Below, in pieces: positions 20,895-30,590 of a stretch of DNA of 64,000 bases; positions within the stretch are counted from its first letter, which is position 1, and every line of letters begins with the position of its first letter. The translations under genes and the position numbers were made by a program. The stretch comes from an uncultured Holophagales bacterium (GTDB lineage: Bacteria > Acidobacteriota > Thermoanaerobaculia > Multivoradales > UBA5704). The notes under the pieces were generated by a model, which ran no database searches, was not told where the DNA came from, and was given only the letters and a program-made list of their open reading frames with translations. The DNA lies in the NCBI GenBank assembly GCA_963842525.1, contig CAWJGT010000024.1:32001-96000 (forward strand), given 5' to 3'.

Positions 20895-22033
20895 GCCCGC
20901 AGCTCCGCGAGCCAGCTTTGGTAGACCGCCGCCAGCCGCGCCACGGCGTCCGTCCAGCGCAACGGCTGGACCCGGCGCCGGCCGGCCGCGGCCACGCTCC
21001 GGCGCAGGGGCTCGTCGAGCGCCAGCCGCCGCAGGGCCCGGTAAAGGGCCGGGGAGGCGGACCCGTCGAGGAGCACCGCCTCCTCCTCGTGGCGCAGCGC
21101 GGCGGCGAAGCCCACGGGCGAGGCGACCAGGGCGCAGCCGCAGGCCATGGCCTCGGCGGCGGCCAGCCCGAAGCTCTCGTAGACCGAGGGCAGGATGGCG
21201 ATCGAGAACCGCCGGTAGAGGGCGCGCAGGCCGTCGCGGCGGTCGGCGAAGGGGACCACCTCGATGCGCGGCAGGACATCGGCCGGGAACCATTCCGCGG
21301 GGTCGAACCGGTCCCCGACGCCCACCAGGATGAGCTTCCAGGCCGGCAGCTCGCGCAGCAGGAGCGGCAGGTCGCGGGCGATCAGGTCCACACCCTTGCG
21401 CGGGATCCAGGAGCCGCAATAGCCGATCACGGGCTCGCGGGCCAGGTCGTCGTCGAGTCCCAGGTATTCGTCCGGGAGCGGGTTGTCGAGAGCGAGGATC
21501 CGCTCGGGAGGGGCGTAGCCCTGGCGCAAGGCGTAGTCGCGGTCGAAGCCGGCCACGGTCACCAGGGCGTCGGCGCGCCGGAACCCGGCGGCGAAGAGAC
21601 GGGAGTGATCGAGGTGGTACCAGGCGTCCCCGCCGCCGGCAAGGCGGCCGTCCGCCCGTGCCGCGGCCAGGATCTCGGCGGAATGCGTCTCCAGACCGTT
21701 TGAATGCGAGACGACCAGGAATGGCCGTCCATGCCGCCCATGCCGGCGATACCGTCGGGTGAGCCGGGCGATGGCGAGCCAGGCCTCGCCGCCCCAGAGC
21801 TCCACCACGTCGTAGTCTTCTCCGTCCAGGCGCCGGGAGACGGCCAGGGCCATGCCCAGGGCCTGCCGGTAGCGGATCGCCCGCGAGAGCCGCGGCAGGA
21901 CCTCGTACTCGGGCGGACCGTAGAGGTCCACGCCGTGCCCCAGCGCGCGGAGACCCTGCGCATACCGCGAGGTCACGTATCCGGAGCCCAGGCTCTCGTC
22001 GAGGGGGCAGTTGCTGAGGCTCAGAATGCGCAC
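20885..22033 (-). CDS. Glycosyltransferase family 4
   Basis: GSWIPRKG, YESFGLAAAEAMACGCALV. Confidence 0.88.
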   Translation of the reverse strand: MRILSLSNCPLDESLGSGYVTSRYAQGLRALGHGVDLYGPPEYEVLPRLSRAIRYRQALGMALAVSRRLDGEDYDVVELWGGEAWLAIARLTRRYRRHGRHGRPFLVVSHSNGLETHSAEILAAARADGRLAGGGDAWYHLDHSRLFAAGFRRADALVTVAGFDRDYALRQGYAPPERILALDNPLPDEYLGLDDDLAREPVIGYCGSWIPRKGVDLIARDLPLLLRELPAWKLILVGVGDRFDPAEWFPADVLPRIEVVPFADRRDGLRALYRRFSIAILPSVYESFGLAAAEAMACGCALVASPVGFAAALRHEEEAVLLDGSASPALYRALRRLALDEPLRRSVAAAGRRRVQPLRWTDAVARLAAVYQSWLAELRACG

Positions 22034-22046
22034 ATCCGTCCCGTCG

Positions 22047-23003
22047 TCAAAGCGACCCCAGGAGGGCGCGCAGGGGGAGCCGCCAGCGCGCCCGTCCGTG
22101 CTGGGCCGAGAAATAGGGAGCCAGGCGCCAGCCGCTGCGCACGGCCCGCCAGCGCCCCCGGCGCTCCAGCCCCCCGCGGTAGAAGGCGACGAGCTCGTCG
22201 AGGACGGCGCGGTCGGCGTCGTCCAGCAGGGCCAGGCCGCGGGCGTCCCCGAGGCGGGCCAGCTCCCCCTGGCAGAGGCTCCGCCAGCCGGCGCTGTAAC
22301 TGCGTCCGAAGACCGTCAGGAGGCCGGCGCGCCGGTGCCGGACCGGGTCCGGATAGGTCATGCTGGCCGGGTGGCGCCGGTAGGTCTGGAGCCGCTCGTC
22401 CAGGTAGCGGATGCCGCCCAGCTTCGCGGCCACCAGGGCGAGCCAGCCGTCGTGGAAAACCTGGTGCGGCGGAATGGGCAGGGCGTGGCGGACCAGATCG
22501 CGGCGGAACATCAGCGTATGGCTCACCACCCAGTTCTCGGCCAGCAGGTGGCGCGCAGGCCGGCCGCTGCCGCGGGTGCGGGCGAAATCCACGACATTGG
22601 CGAACGAGCCGTCGATTCCCACCGCGCCCTGCTCGTCCACGTACTCCTGACCGTTGCAGTAGATCAGGGTGTGATCGCCGATCCCGCCGGCCAGCCGCTC
22701 GATCTTCTCCGGCTTCCAGAGGTCGTCCTGATCGCAGAGGGCGATGAGCTCTCCCCGGCACAATGCAATGACGCGCTCGAAATTCCTCACCAGCCCCAGG
22801 TTGCGCGGGTTGACCTCGTAGCGCAGGCCGTGGCGGCGGGCGGCATCCGCCAGGATCTCCCGCGTGCCGTCCGTGGAGGCGTCGTCGCTCGCCACCACCT
22901 CCAGATTCTTCCAGGTCTGCGCATAGAGGGTGTCGAGCTGCTGGCGCAGGTAGCGCTCTCCGTTGCAGGTGGCGAGGGCGACCGAGACGAGAGGCTGGCT
23001 CAA
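22047..23003 (-). CDS. Glycosyltransferase family 2 (rhamnosyltransferase-like)
   Basis: VSVALATCNGERYL, SDDASTD, LCDQDD, HDGW. Confidence 0.9.
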   Translation of the reverse strand: MSQPLVSVALATCNGERYLRQQLDTLYAQTWKNLEVVASDDASTDGTREILADAARRHGLRYEVNPRNLGLVRNFERVIALCRGELIALCDQDDLWKPEKIERLAGGIGDHTLIYCNGQEYVDEQGAVGIDGSFANVVDFARTRGSGRPARHLLAENWVVSHTLMFRRDLVRHALPIPPHQVFHDGWLALVAAKLGGIRYLDERLQTYRRHPASMTYPDPVRHRRAGLLTVFGRSYSAGWRSLCQGELARLGDARGLALLDDADRAVLDELVAFYRGGLERRGRWRAVRSGWRLAPYFSAQHGRARWRLPLRALLGSL

Positions 23004-23671
23004 GGCTTGCGCGCGCAGGTGCGGAACTGGAAGACGAAGAGGTCGTGCAGCCGGCGGAAGGTCAGGAGGTCGAGGGCCTTGTGCCGCAGGCCGTAGGCCC
23101 CCATGTTCTCCTCCATGGCCTCGACGACCAGGCCGGCCTGCTCGAAGAGCTCGCGGACGTTCTTGCGGCAGAAGAAGCGCAGGTGCGAGCGGTCGAGGAG
23201 CCCGGCCGGCTGGTAGCGGAAGTCACCCTGGAGGACGATGGTCCGCAGTGCCCGGTGGTTGCGCACATTGGGGATGCTGCTGAGCAGGAGCCCCCCGGGC
23301 TTCAGGAGGCCCGCCAGCAGCGAGACCACCCGCCAGGGGTCGACCAGATGCTCCAGCACGTCCGCGCAAAGGACGGCGTCGAAGCCGCGCGGGAGGGAGG
23401 CCGCGTCCAGGCTCTCGATGTTCCCGCGCAGGAAGAGGTCGACGTCCGGCGGTTCCCCGGCCGCGGCGGAGGGGGCCACGATGTCGATGCCCGCCACGTA
23501 ATCGGCGAGGCGAAGGGCCTTGGCGGCGCGCAGGGTGGCGCCGTCCCCGGCGCCGAGCTCCAGGAGGCGCAGGCCGCCGCCGCGGGGCAGCATGTCCAGG
23601 AGGTCGGTCCGCGCGGCAGTGAAATACCCGCGGTCCTTGCCTTCGTAGAGCCGGGCCGTGGCGTCGGTCAT
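23000..23671 (-). CDS. Class I SAM-dependent methyltransferase
   Basis: LLELGAGDG, DVLEHLVDPW, GLLDRSHLRFF. Confidence 0.88.
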   Translation of the reverse strand: MTDATARLYEGKDRGYFTAARTDLLDMLPRGGGLRLLELGAGDGATLRAAKALRLADYVAGIDIVAPSAAAGEPPDVDLFLRGNIESLDAASLPRGFDAVLCADVLEHLVDPWRVVSLLAGLLKPGGLLLSSIPNVRNHRALRTIVLQGDFRYQPAGLLDRSHLRFFCRKNVRELFEQAGLVVEAMEENMGAYGLRHKALDLLTFRRLHDLFVFQFRTCARKP

Positions 23672-24870
23672 GGCGGCGCTATTTTCTGCCAGCCTTCGCG
23701 ATAGACGTCCAGGGTCCGGCGCGCGATGTCCGGCCAGGAGTGGAGGGCCGCCACCCGCAGGCTGTCCTCCGAGAGCGCGGCCCAGCGCTCGGGGGGCAGG
23801 GTCAGGATCTCGGCGACCCGGGCGGCGAAGGCCTCGGTGTCCCCGACCGGCACCATGGTGGAGATGGACTGGTGGCGCAGCGTGTCCCGCGGGCCGGGGG
23901 CGTCGTAGGCCACCGTGGGAAGGCCGGCGGCGACCTTCTCCAGCACCGAGAAGCCGAACCCCTCCAGGTAGCCGGGAAAGGCGCCCAGCGTCGCCCGGGA
24001 GAGCAGGCCCGGCAGCTCGTCGCTGTCGAAGGAAGGAACCACCTCCAGGGCGGCCTGGTCTTCCGGCGGGAAGCTCCGCAGCACGAGGTCGCGCCCGAGG
24101 CCGGTGCCGAGGAAGGCGAAGCGCGCCTGCGGAACCCTCTGCCGCACGCTCCGCACGATGCGCGGCCAGTCGCGGGCGCCCTTGCGCGGGTTCCAGGTCC
24201 CCACGAAGGCCACCGTCCGGCTGGCCAGCCGCTCGGCGACGCCGGCCCGGGCGCGCAGGAAGTCGGACCGCCGCGCCGCCGAGAGGCCGAAGGGGAACAT
24301 CACCGTCTTGCCGCCGTGCCCCATGGCGGCCACGGCGGCGAGATCGTCGCGGTTCGAGACGTTGATCAGGTCGGCGTGGCGGAAGCTGCGCTCCGCGTCG
24401 CGCAGCCGGCGGCGGTGCCCCGGCAGGGTCAACAGCCGGTGGACCCCGCGCCGCAGGCTCGGCGGCTCGGGCCAGCTCCGGGCGGCCTGGCGGTCGAACT
24501 CCTCGTAGGCGGGGATCAGGCCCACGGACCGGGCCACCAGCAGCCCCGGGAAGCCGAGCCGGCTCTTGGGGAACGGCAGGTCGGTCTGGTTGGCGTCGAT
24601 GACGTCGAAGCGCCGGCCGTGGGCGCGCACGAAGGCGGCGGCCCGGGCGGCGAAGCTGAGGTTGGTGCGCAGCATCCCTTCGATCCGGCCGGCCTTGCCC
24701 GGGAGAAAGGGAGCCGTCCGCGGGAAGGCGTCCTCGAAGCTGAATTTCTCCACCTGGCAGCCGAGCTCGCGCAGCTCGTCGGACAGCTCGATCTGGGCCC
24801 GCGGCCCTCCCAGGTTGCGCGTCCAGGGGGTGTGGATGACCATCAGCAGGCGCAGTCCCGGAAGGCTCAC
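23668..24870 (-). CDS. Glycosyltransferase family 4
   Basis: FVGTWNPRKG, EGFGFSVLEKVAAGLPTVAYD; GTG 24870 overlaps the upstream stop. Confidence 0.85.
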   Translation of the reverse strand: MSLPGLRLLMVIHTPWTRNLGGPRAQIELSDELRELGCQVEKFSFEDAFPRTAPFLPGKAGRIEGMLRTNLSFAARAAAFVRAHGRRFDVIDANQTDLPFPKSRLGFPGLLVARSVGLIPAYEEFDRQAARSWPEPPSLRRGVHRLLTLPGHRRRLRDAERSFRHADLINVSNRDDLAAVAAMGHGGKTVMFPFGLSAARRSDFLRARAGVAERLASRTVAFVGTWNPRKGARDWPRIVRSVRQRVPQARFAFLGTGLGRDLVLRSFPPEDQAALEVVPSFDSDELPGLLSRATLGAFPGYLEGFGFSVLEKVAAGLPTVAYDAPGPRDTLRHQSISTMVPVGDTEAFAARVAEILTLPPERWAALSEDSLRVAALHSWPDIARRTLDVYREGWQKIAPP

Positions 24871-25763
24871 CGCTCCGCCCCGGGTCCCAGGCCCAGGCGC
24901 AGGGCCAGGGCGTCCCGCCAGAAGAGGTGCCGCACCTGGCCCACGTAGTGTCGCGCCGCCCAGGTCCGGCCCTTGAAGGAGGGCGCCAGGGAGAACCGGT
25001 CCGTCTCGTCCAGGGCGATCTCGCCGGCGGGCCAGGTCCGCGCCCCGAGCTGACGGTCCGCCTCGGCCAGGATCGTCTGCTCGGTCACGCCGATCCCCCT
25101 CTCGGCCGCATAGTCGAGCAACGGCCCCACGTCGCAGGCGTCCAGAAAGCGCCCGGCGGCGAAGAGGAAGCCGGCGCAGAAGAAGGGCGGGCTGGCCAGG
25201 CCGGGCAGGGTGCCCGGCACCAGCTCGGGGTCGTAGGAGGGCTGGTAGTCCGGCGACATGACGAGGCGGGGACTGCTCTCCGCCAGCAGGCCCTCCAGAG
25301 TGGGTGGGACGCGGAACCAGAGGAGGTCGACATCGCAATAGAGCGTCGGCCCTTCCGCCGCGCTGGTGACGACCGCCGCCATCTTGCGGCCCATGGCGTC
25401 GCGTTGCGCAAACCGCGCCAGGGAGCCCTGCCCGTCGAGACCTGCCAGGACATGGTCCCACGGCAGCAGCTCCCACGGGCCGGGCCACCAGCCCAGCGCC
25501 GCGCGGGCCTGCTGGAGATCGACAGTGCCGTCCGAGACGACCCGCAGGCGAGGCAGGCGCGGCCAGGACCGGCAGAGGGACAGCAGGGATTCCCGGAGCA
25601 TCTCGAGGTGGCGCTGGCCGCTGAGCGTCAGGTAGGTCAGCTCCATCATCTCCGGGGCGGGCCGGACCCGCGGCTTCGGCAGCGGCAGGGCCAGGGCGGT
25701 CCGCCGGTAGAGGGCCGACGAGCGGTAGGCCGCAGAGCGCAGCAGGCGCCGCGCCACGGTCAT
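24867..25763 (-). CDS. Nucleotide-diphospho-sugar transferase (GT-A, GT8-like)
   Basis: VVSDG, LYCDVDLLWF (DxD), FCAG, TEQTI, ARHYVG; ATG 25763 overlaps the upstream stop. Confidence 0.62.
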   Translation of the reverse strand: MTVARRLLRSAAYRSSALYRRTALALPLPKPRVRPAPEMMELTYLTLSGQRHLEMLRESLLSLCRSWPRLPRLRVVSDGTVDLQQARAALGWWPGPWELLPWDHVLAGLDGQGSLARFAQRDAMGRKMAAVVTSAAEGPTLYCDVDLLWFRVPPTLEGLLAESSPRLVMSPDYQPSYDPELVPGTLPGLASPPFFCAGFLFAAGRFLDACDVGPLLDYAAERGIGVTEQTILAEADRQLGARTWPAGEIALDETDRFSLAPSFKGRTWAARHYVGQVRHLFWRDALALRLGLGPGAER

Positions 25764-26734
25764 GCCAGGAGCCTCCGGTAGGCGTCCATCGTCTCCCGCA
25801 GCCCGGTCTCCAGATCGATCCGCGGCGTCCAGCCGAGGCGCCGCTCGATGCGGCCGGTGTCGCAGAGAAAGTCGCCGGTCTCCACCTTGCGGAAGCCCTC
25901 CGGCCAGGGAACGTCCTCGATGCGGCCGGAGCCGGCCACGGCCACGATCCGCTCGGCCATCTCGCGCAGGCTCACGGAGGCGCCATAGCCCACGTTCAGG
26001 GTCTCGCCGACCGCCCGCTCGTCGGCGCCGGCGCGCAGCAGGGCGGCGGCCACGTCCGCGGCGTGCACGTAGTCCCGGAGCTGGGGGCCGCCGCCGTAGA
26101 GGCGGATGGGCTCGTCGCGGAGTGCGGCCATGACGAAGCGGTTGACAATGCCGTATTCGGTGCGGCGCGGGAGCTGGAACGGCCCGTAGGGGTTGGTCAG
26201 GCGCAGGATCGTATAGGGGATGCCGTGGTGCTCCCAGTACAGGCGGTGATAGTGCTCCACGGTGAGCTTGTGCAGGCCGTAGAGGCTGGTCGGCCGCGGC
26301 GGGTGGTCCTCGCCGACCGGCGCCGGGCCGGTGACGCCGTAGACCAGACGGCTCGAGGCGAAGACCACGCGGGGAGGGTCCGGCATCCCGCGCAGGCAGT
26401 CCAGGAGGTTGAGATGGCCGGCGATGTTCCCTTCCATGTCGGTCCGCGCCTCCCGCAGGCTCTTGACCGCCCCCGACTCCCCAGCGAGGTTGATCACCAC
26501 GTCCAGCCCCTCCAGCCATCCCGGCATTCCCTGGGGATCGGCGATGTCGCCCTGCACGACGTCCAGCCGCCGGCCGCTTGCGACGCGGTCGAGCCAGCGC
26601 AGGGCGAGGGGGTCGAGCGACCGGTTGAGGATGCTGACCTCCGCGCCGGCCTCCAGCAGCGGCCCCACCAGGTTGAGGCCGAGGAAGCCGAGCCCCCCGG
26701 TGATGAGCACCCGCCGTCCCCACAGGTCGTCCAT
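25760..26734 (-). CDS. NAD-dependent nucleotide-sugar epimerase/dehydratase
   Basis: VLITGGLGFLG, SLYGLHK (YxxxK), RLTNPYGP. Confidence 0.9.
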   Translation of the reverse strand: MDDLWGRRVLITGGLGFLGLNLVGPLLEAGAEVSILNRSLDPLALRWLDRVASGRRLDVVQGDIADPQGMPGWLEGLDVVINLAGESGAVKSLREARTDMEGNIAGHLNLLDCLRGMPDPPRVVFASSRLVYGVTGPAPVGEDHPPRPTSLYGLHKLTVEHYHRLYWEHHGIPYTILRLTNPYGPFQLPRRTEYGIVNRFVMAALRDEPIRLYGGGPQLRDYVHAADVAAALLRAGADERAVGETLNVGYGASVSLREMAERIVAVAGSGRIEDVPWPEGFRKVETGDFLCDTGRIERRLGWTPRIDLETGLRETMDAYRRLLA

Positions 26735-26750
26735 GCCTTCTCTCGTCGCC

Positions 26751-27542
26751 TCAGGGCATCCAGGCCCGGGCCTGGTGCAGAAGCCTGCGGAGCCGCAGGG
26801 TGAGCCGGTCCAGCAGGAAGAGGTTGAGGCGGGCGCCCGGGCCGAGGGGGTTGCGCCGCCGGTTGATGAACAGGGTATCGCCGTGGTGGCCCGACGGCCG
26901 CGACATCACGACGCAGGTGAAGCCCATCCGCCGCAGCCGCCGCTTCAGCGCGGGGATGCGGCCGGCGTCGAAGCCCTCCAGGAAGTCGTGCAGCTCGACG
27001 GTGATCTGCCCGATCCGCCGCAGGGTCTCGTCGGAGGTCGCCGCGAGGACCGCGATCTCGGCCCCTTCGATGTCCAGCTTGAGGAGGTCGGCGCTGTCGA
27101 GGCCCGCCTCGCGCAGGAAGCCCTCCAGCGTGGAGAGCCGCGCCGCCAGGGTCCCCTGGCTGCCGGAGGCGCGGGCGAGCGGCTCGTAGAGGCTGTGGGC
27201 CTGGGGGTTGCCCGAGAGGTGGAGGACCGCCTCGCCATCGGCGCCTCCCAGGGCGAGGGGGAAACGCCGCAGGTGCGGGCCCTCGGCGATCTGGTCCAGC
27301 AGCGCGGGGACCGGCTCCAGCGCGTAGCAGCGGCAGCCGAAGCGGTCTGCCAGCTCGCGGGAGAAGGCGCCGGTGTGGGCTCCGGCGTCGATCGCCACCG
27401 CGGCCTTGGCCAGGCCCGGCGCGAACACGTGGTGCCCGTGGACGGCGACGAGCCCGGCGGCCCGGCTCTGCAGGCGCGCGCCGGCGTCGGCGAGCCGCCC
27501 GGGCAGCGACCTCACGCGGGCGAGGAGCGAGCGCTCAGGCAT
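26751..27542 (-). CDS. FkbM-family methyltransferase
   Basis: IDAGAHTG, LLKLDIEGAE, QITVELH. Confidence 0.88.
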   Translation of the reverse strand: MPERSLLARVRSLPGRLADAGARLQSRAAGLVAVHGHHVFAPGLAKAAVAIDAGAHTGAFSRELADRFGCRCYALEPVPALLDQIAEGPHLRRFPLALGGADGEAVLHLSGNPQAHSLYEPLARASGSQGTLAARLSTLEGFLREAGLDSADLLKLDIEGAEIAVLAATSDETLRRIGQITVELHDFLEGFDAGRIPALKRRLRRMGFTCVVMSRPSGHHGDTLFINRRRNPLGPGARLNLFLLDRLTLRLRRLLHQARAWMP

Positions 27543-28839
27543 GGCGCCAGCGGACCCAGGACGGGCGGCGGAATCCGAGCTCCAGCAGCACCACCTGGAG
27601 GGCCAGCGCGGTGACCGCGCTCAGCAGGGTGAACCGCAGGACTCCGGACGTGGTGGACAGGGGCACGATCTGGACGAAGACGACCTGGGCGGCGAGCTCC
27701 AGGACCACTGTGACGGTCTGGAAGCGGGTCCAGCCGCGGGCGAAGTTGACGCTCATGACATAGCTGCCCAGGAGGGCCACCCCGGACCCGGCGACGATCA
27801 GCAGCAGCTCCCGGTGGAGGCCCTTGTAGTTGGGGCCGAGGAGCATCAGGAAGAGCTGCGGCAGCAGGGCGGCGGCGGCGAGCAGGGCGAGCGCGGCCAG
27901 GGCGAGCAGCAGGCCGTACTGCAGGCAGCGGCGCCGGTACCGCGCGTCCTCGGTAATCGCGGCCAGGCGCGGCAGGAGGACCGCGCCGATCAACCCGGAG
28001 AGGAGCCCCACGATCAGCCCCAGCCGGCTGAGGGCTCCCACCTCCGCCACGTTGCGCGCCTCGCCGAACGTGGCGGCGAGCCAGACCACCAGCGGGCCCT
28101 GGATGGAAAAGAAGAGCGCGCCGGGCAGCGTCGGCAGGAGATAGCGGACGACGCGCAGCCGGAACGGCTTCAGATCAGGGCTGGTCGCCGGGGGATGGGC
28201 GAGCTCGGAATCGGCGAGCCGCGACACGAGCAGGGAGCCGGCCGCGGAGACCAGGACGGCCAGCCAGGCCTGAAGCAGGGCGGCGGCCACCAGGGCCGTG
28301 GCCAGGACGAGCCGCAGGGCGGCGCCCAGGAGCTCGGCCCGGTAGGACGGGTTGTAGCGGCCATGGAGCCGCAGGGCCAGCAGGTGCAGCGACGAGGCGA
28401 TCTGGAACCAGACGCCCAGGAGGATGCCGGCCAGGGCCGCCAGCGACTCGACGGTGCCGAACCCCTTGGCCGAGGCCATGAGGGGGAATGCCACCAGGAC
28501 GGCCAGGGCGCCGGCGGCGAAGACCCCGCGCCGCAGGGAGAGCACGGCGCGGAAGTAGTCGCCGAAGGGCTCCCCCGTGCTCTTCGTCTCGCGGAAGAAG
28601 TGGAGGAGCGACGCCGTGCTCCCCAGGTCGGTGGCGAAGGAGAAGAAGTTGAGGATCGAGGTGGCCAGGGTGTAGAAGGCGAACTCGCGCACCGGCAGGA
28701 AGTTGATGAAGAGCAGGCCGGTGGCGATCCCGAGGAGCTGGGTCAACGTCTGGGCGGTGAAATACGCCGACAGGATCCCTACCCATTCCCGTGCTTTCGC
28801 CGCCAGCGGCGGCAGCGCCGCCTCGCCTCGCAGGCTCAA
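27535..28839 (-). CDS. wzx: Wzx-type flippase / polysaccharide biosynthesis transporter
   Basis: About 12 TM segments, MOP-exporter-like pattern (EFAFYTLA...DLG, LLGPNY); TTG 28839 overlaps the asnB stop. Confidence 0.68.
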   Translation of the reverse strand: MSLRGEAALPPLAAKAREWVGILSAYFTAQTLTQLLGIATGLLFINFLPVREFAFYTLATSILNFFSFATDLGSTASLLHFFRETKSTGEPFGDYFRAVLSLRRGVFAAGALAVLVAFPLMASAKGFGTVESLAALAGILLGVWFQIASSLHLLALRLHGRYNPSYRAELLGAALRLVLATALVAAALLQAWLAVLVSAAGSLLVSRLADSELAHPPATSPDLKPFRLRVVRYLLPTLPGALFFSIQGPLVVWLAATFGEARNVAEVGALSRLGLIVGLLSGLIGAVLLPRLAAITEDARYRRRCLQYGLLLALAALALLAAAALLPQLFLMLLGPNYKGLHRELLLIVAGSGVALLGSYVMSVNFARGWTRFQTVTVVLELAAQVVFVQIVPLSTTSGVLRFTLLSAVTALALQVVLLELGFRRPSWVRWRHA

Positions 28840-30590
28840 ATCCCCATCTCCGCCAGGACCCGCAGCGCCAGCCGCCGCGACTGGTCCCCCAGGCTCCTCC
28901 GGCCGCCGCGACCCGGCTCCAGCCACTCCAGGACCGGGATGTAGAACCCGGTCTTCGGCCGCTCCCAGAGGGCCGCCGGCAGCTCGGGAGCGGCCTGCCG
29001 GACGAGCGCCGCCTTGCCCCGGCTCCGTGCCGGCTCGAAGCTGTGCGCCGCGAGCTGTGCCCGCAGCACGGGGTCCACCAGCGGCACCCGCAGCTCCACG
29101 GAATGGGCCATCGAGGCCCAGTCCGAGTCGCGCAGGAGCTGGTTGCGCATGTACAGCGCCGTCTCCATCCGGTGGACGGCGAGCCATGGGTCGGTTGCGC
29201 CGGCGTGAGCGGCGTCCGCCGCCACCACCGGGTCGTACGCCCGCAGCCCCTCCTCGGCCCGGTCGCGGCCCAGGATCCCGGGCAGCTCCTCGGGGAGGAA
29301 CAGGCCCCGGCGGAGAAAATAGGCTCCAGCGAGCGTTCGGCCATGGCGGAGAAGCCCGCGGAGCTTGGGGCGCCCGGCGGCGAGCCGGCTGGCGAGCGGC
29401 CAGAGGGCGGGCACGACCGGCGTCCGTGCCATCCGGTCCGCCTTCGCCACGATCTCCGGGACGTCCCGGAACGAGGGATAGCTGCCGAAGAGCTCGTCGC
29501 CGCCCAGGCCGGAGAGGACCACCTTGAGCCCAGCCTCGTGCGCCGCCCGGCTCACCACGTAGGTGTTGAGGCCGTCGATGCTCGGCTGGTCCATGGCCGC
29601 GATCGCGGCGGGCCAGAGGCCGGCGAAATCCGCCCGGCCCACCCGGCGCTCGACGTGGCGGGTGCCCAGGGCTCGCGCGACCTCCGCGGCGAGCGGGCCC
29701 TCGTCCTGCGGCGTACCGTCGAGGACGTCGAAGCGTAGCGTGAAGGTAGCCGGCGGCTCGGGCAGGTGGCGGCGGGCCAGGGCCGCGATCAGGCCCGAGT
29801 CCAGACCGGCGGAGAGGAAGATCGCCACCGGCACGTCCGAAACCAGGTGGGCGCGCACCGCGTCCTCCACCGCCGCCGCGGGCGGGAGAGGCTCCTTCGG
29901 TACGTCCTCGCCGAACCGGTACCAGGCCTGCGGCTCGCCCACCCGGTTGCCCTCGACCGTGAGGAAGCTCCCGGCCGGCAGGGAGCGGACCGCGCGCCGG
30001 ATCGTGAGCGGCTCGGGGACCGAGCCCCAGAGCAGGAACCCGCAGAGCCCGGCCGGGTCGACATCCAGGGAGACCCCGCCGCCCTGCTCCAGGGCTTTCA
30101 CCTGCGAGGCGAAGCGGAGGAATCCTCCCCCGGCCGAGTAATAGAGTGGCTTGATCCCCAGGGCATCGCGCGCCAGGAGGAGGCGCCGCTCTTCGTCGTC
30201 CCAGATCGCCAGGGCGAACATGCCGCGAAGCCTGGGCAGCATCGCCTCGCGTTCGAGGAGGTAGAGATAGAGGAGGACCTCGGTGTCGCTCTTCGAATGG
30301 AAGCGGACGCCCTTGACGGCCAGCTCCTGCCGCAGCTCGCGGAAGTTGTAGATCTCGCCATTCAAAACGATGACGAACCGGCCTTCCGGGGTCGTCATCG
30401 GCTGGTGACCGGCCTCGGAGAGGTCGAGGATGGCGAGGCGCCGGCTGGCGAGCGACGCGTGCTCCGAGATCCAGGCCCCGGCGTCGTCCGGACCGCGCGC
30501 GGTCATGGCCTCGCGCGTACGGATCACCTCGTCGCGGTCGATCGGCGGAGCGTCGGGCCCCAGGCGGACGATGCCGTTAATTCCGCACAT
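28836..30590 (-). CDS. asnB: Asparagine synthase (glutamine-hydrolysing)-type amidotransferase, polysaccharide-associated
   Basis: MCGING N-terminal nucleophile Cys, RGPD, RRLAILDLS, NGEIYN, LSAGLDS, SGLGGDELF, SMAHSVELRVP. Confidence 0.92.
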   Translation of the reverse strand: MCGINGIVRLGPDAPPIDRDEVIRTREAMTARGPDDAGAWISEHASLASRRLAILDLSEAGHQPMTTPEGRFVIVLNGEIYNFRELRQELAVKGVRFHSKSDTEVLLYLYLLEREAMLPRLRGMFALAIWDDEERRLLLARDALGIKPLYYSAGGGFLRFASQVKALEQGGGVSLDVDPAGLCGFLLWGSVPEPLTIRRAVRSLPAGSFLTVEGNRVGEPQAWYRFGEDVPKEPLPPAAAVEDAVRAHLVSDVPVAIFLSAGLDSGLIAALARRHLPEPPATFTLRFDVLDGTPQDEGPLAAEVARALGTRHVERRVGRADFAGLWPAAIAAMDQPSIDGLNTYVVSRAAHEAGLKVVLSGLGGDELFGSYPSFRDVPEIVAKADRMARTPVVPALWPLASRLAAGRPKLRGLLRHGRTLAGAYFLRRGLFLPEELPGILGRDRAEEGLRAYDPVVAADAAHAGATDPWLAVHRMETALYMRNQLLRDSDWASMAHSVELRVPLVDPVLRAQLAAHSFEPARSRGKAALVRQAAPELPAALWERPKTGFYIPVLEWLEPGRGGRRSLGDQSRRLALRVLAEMGI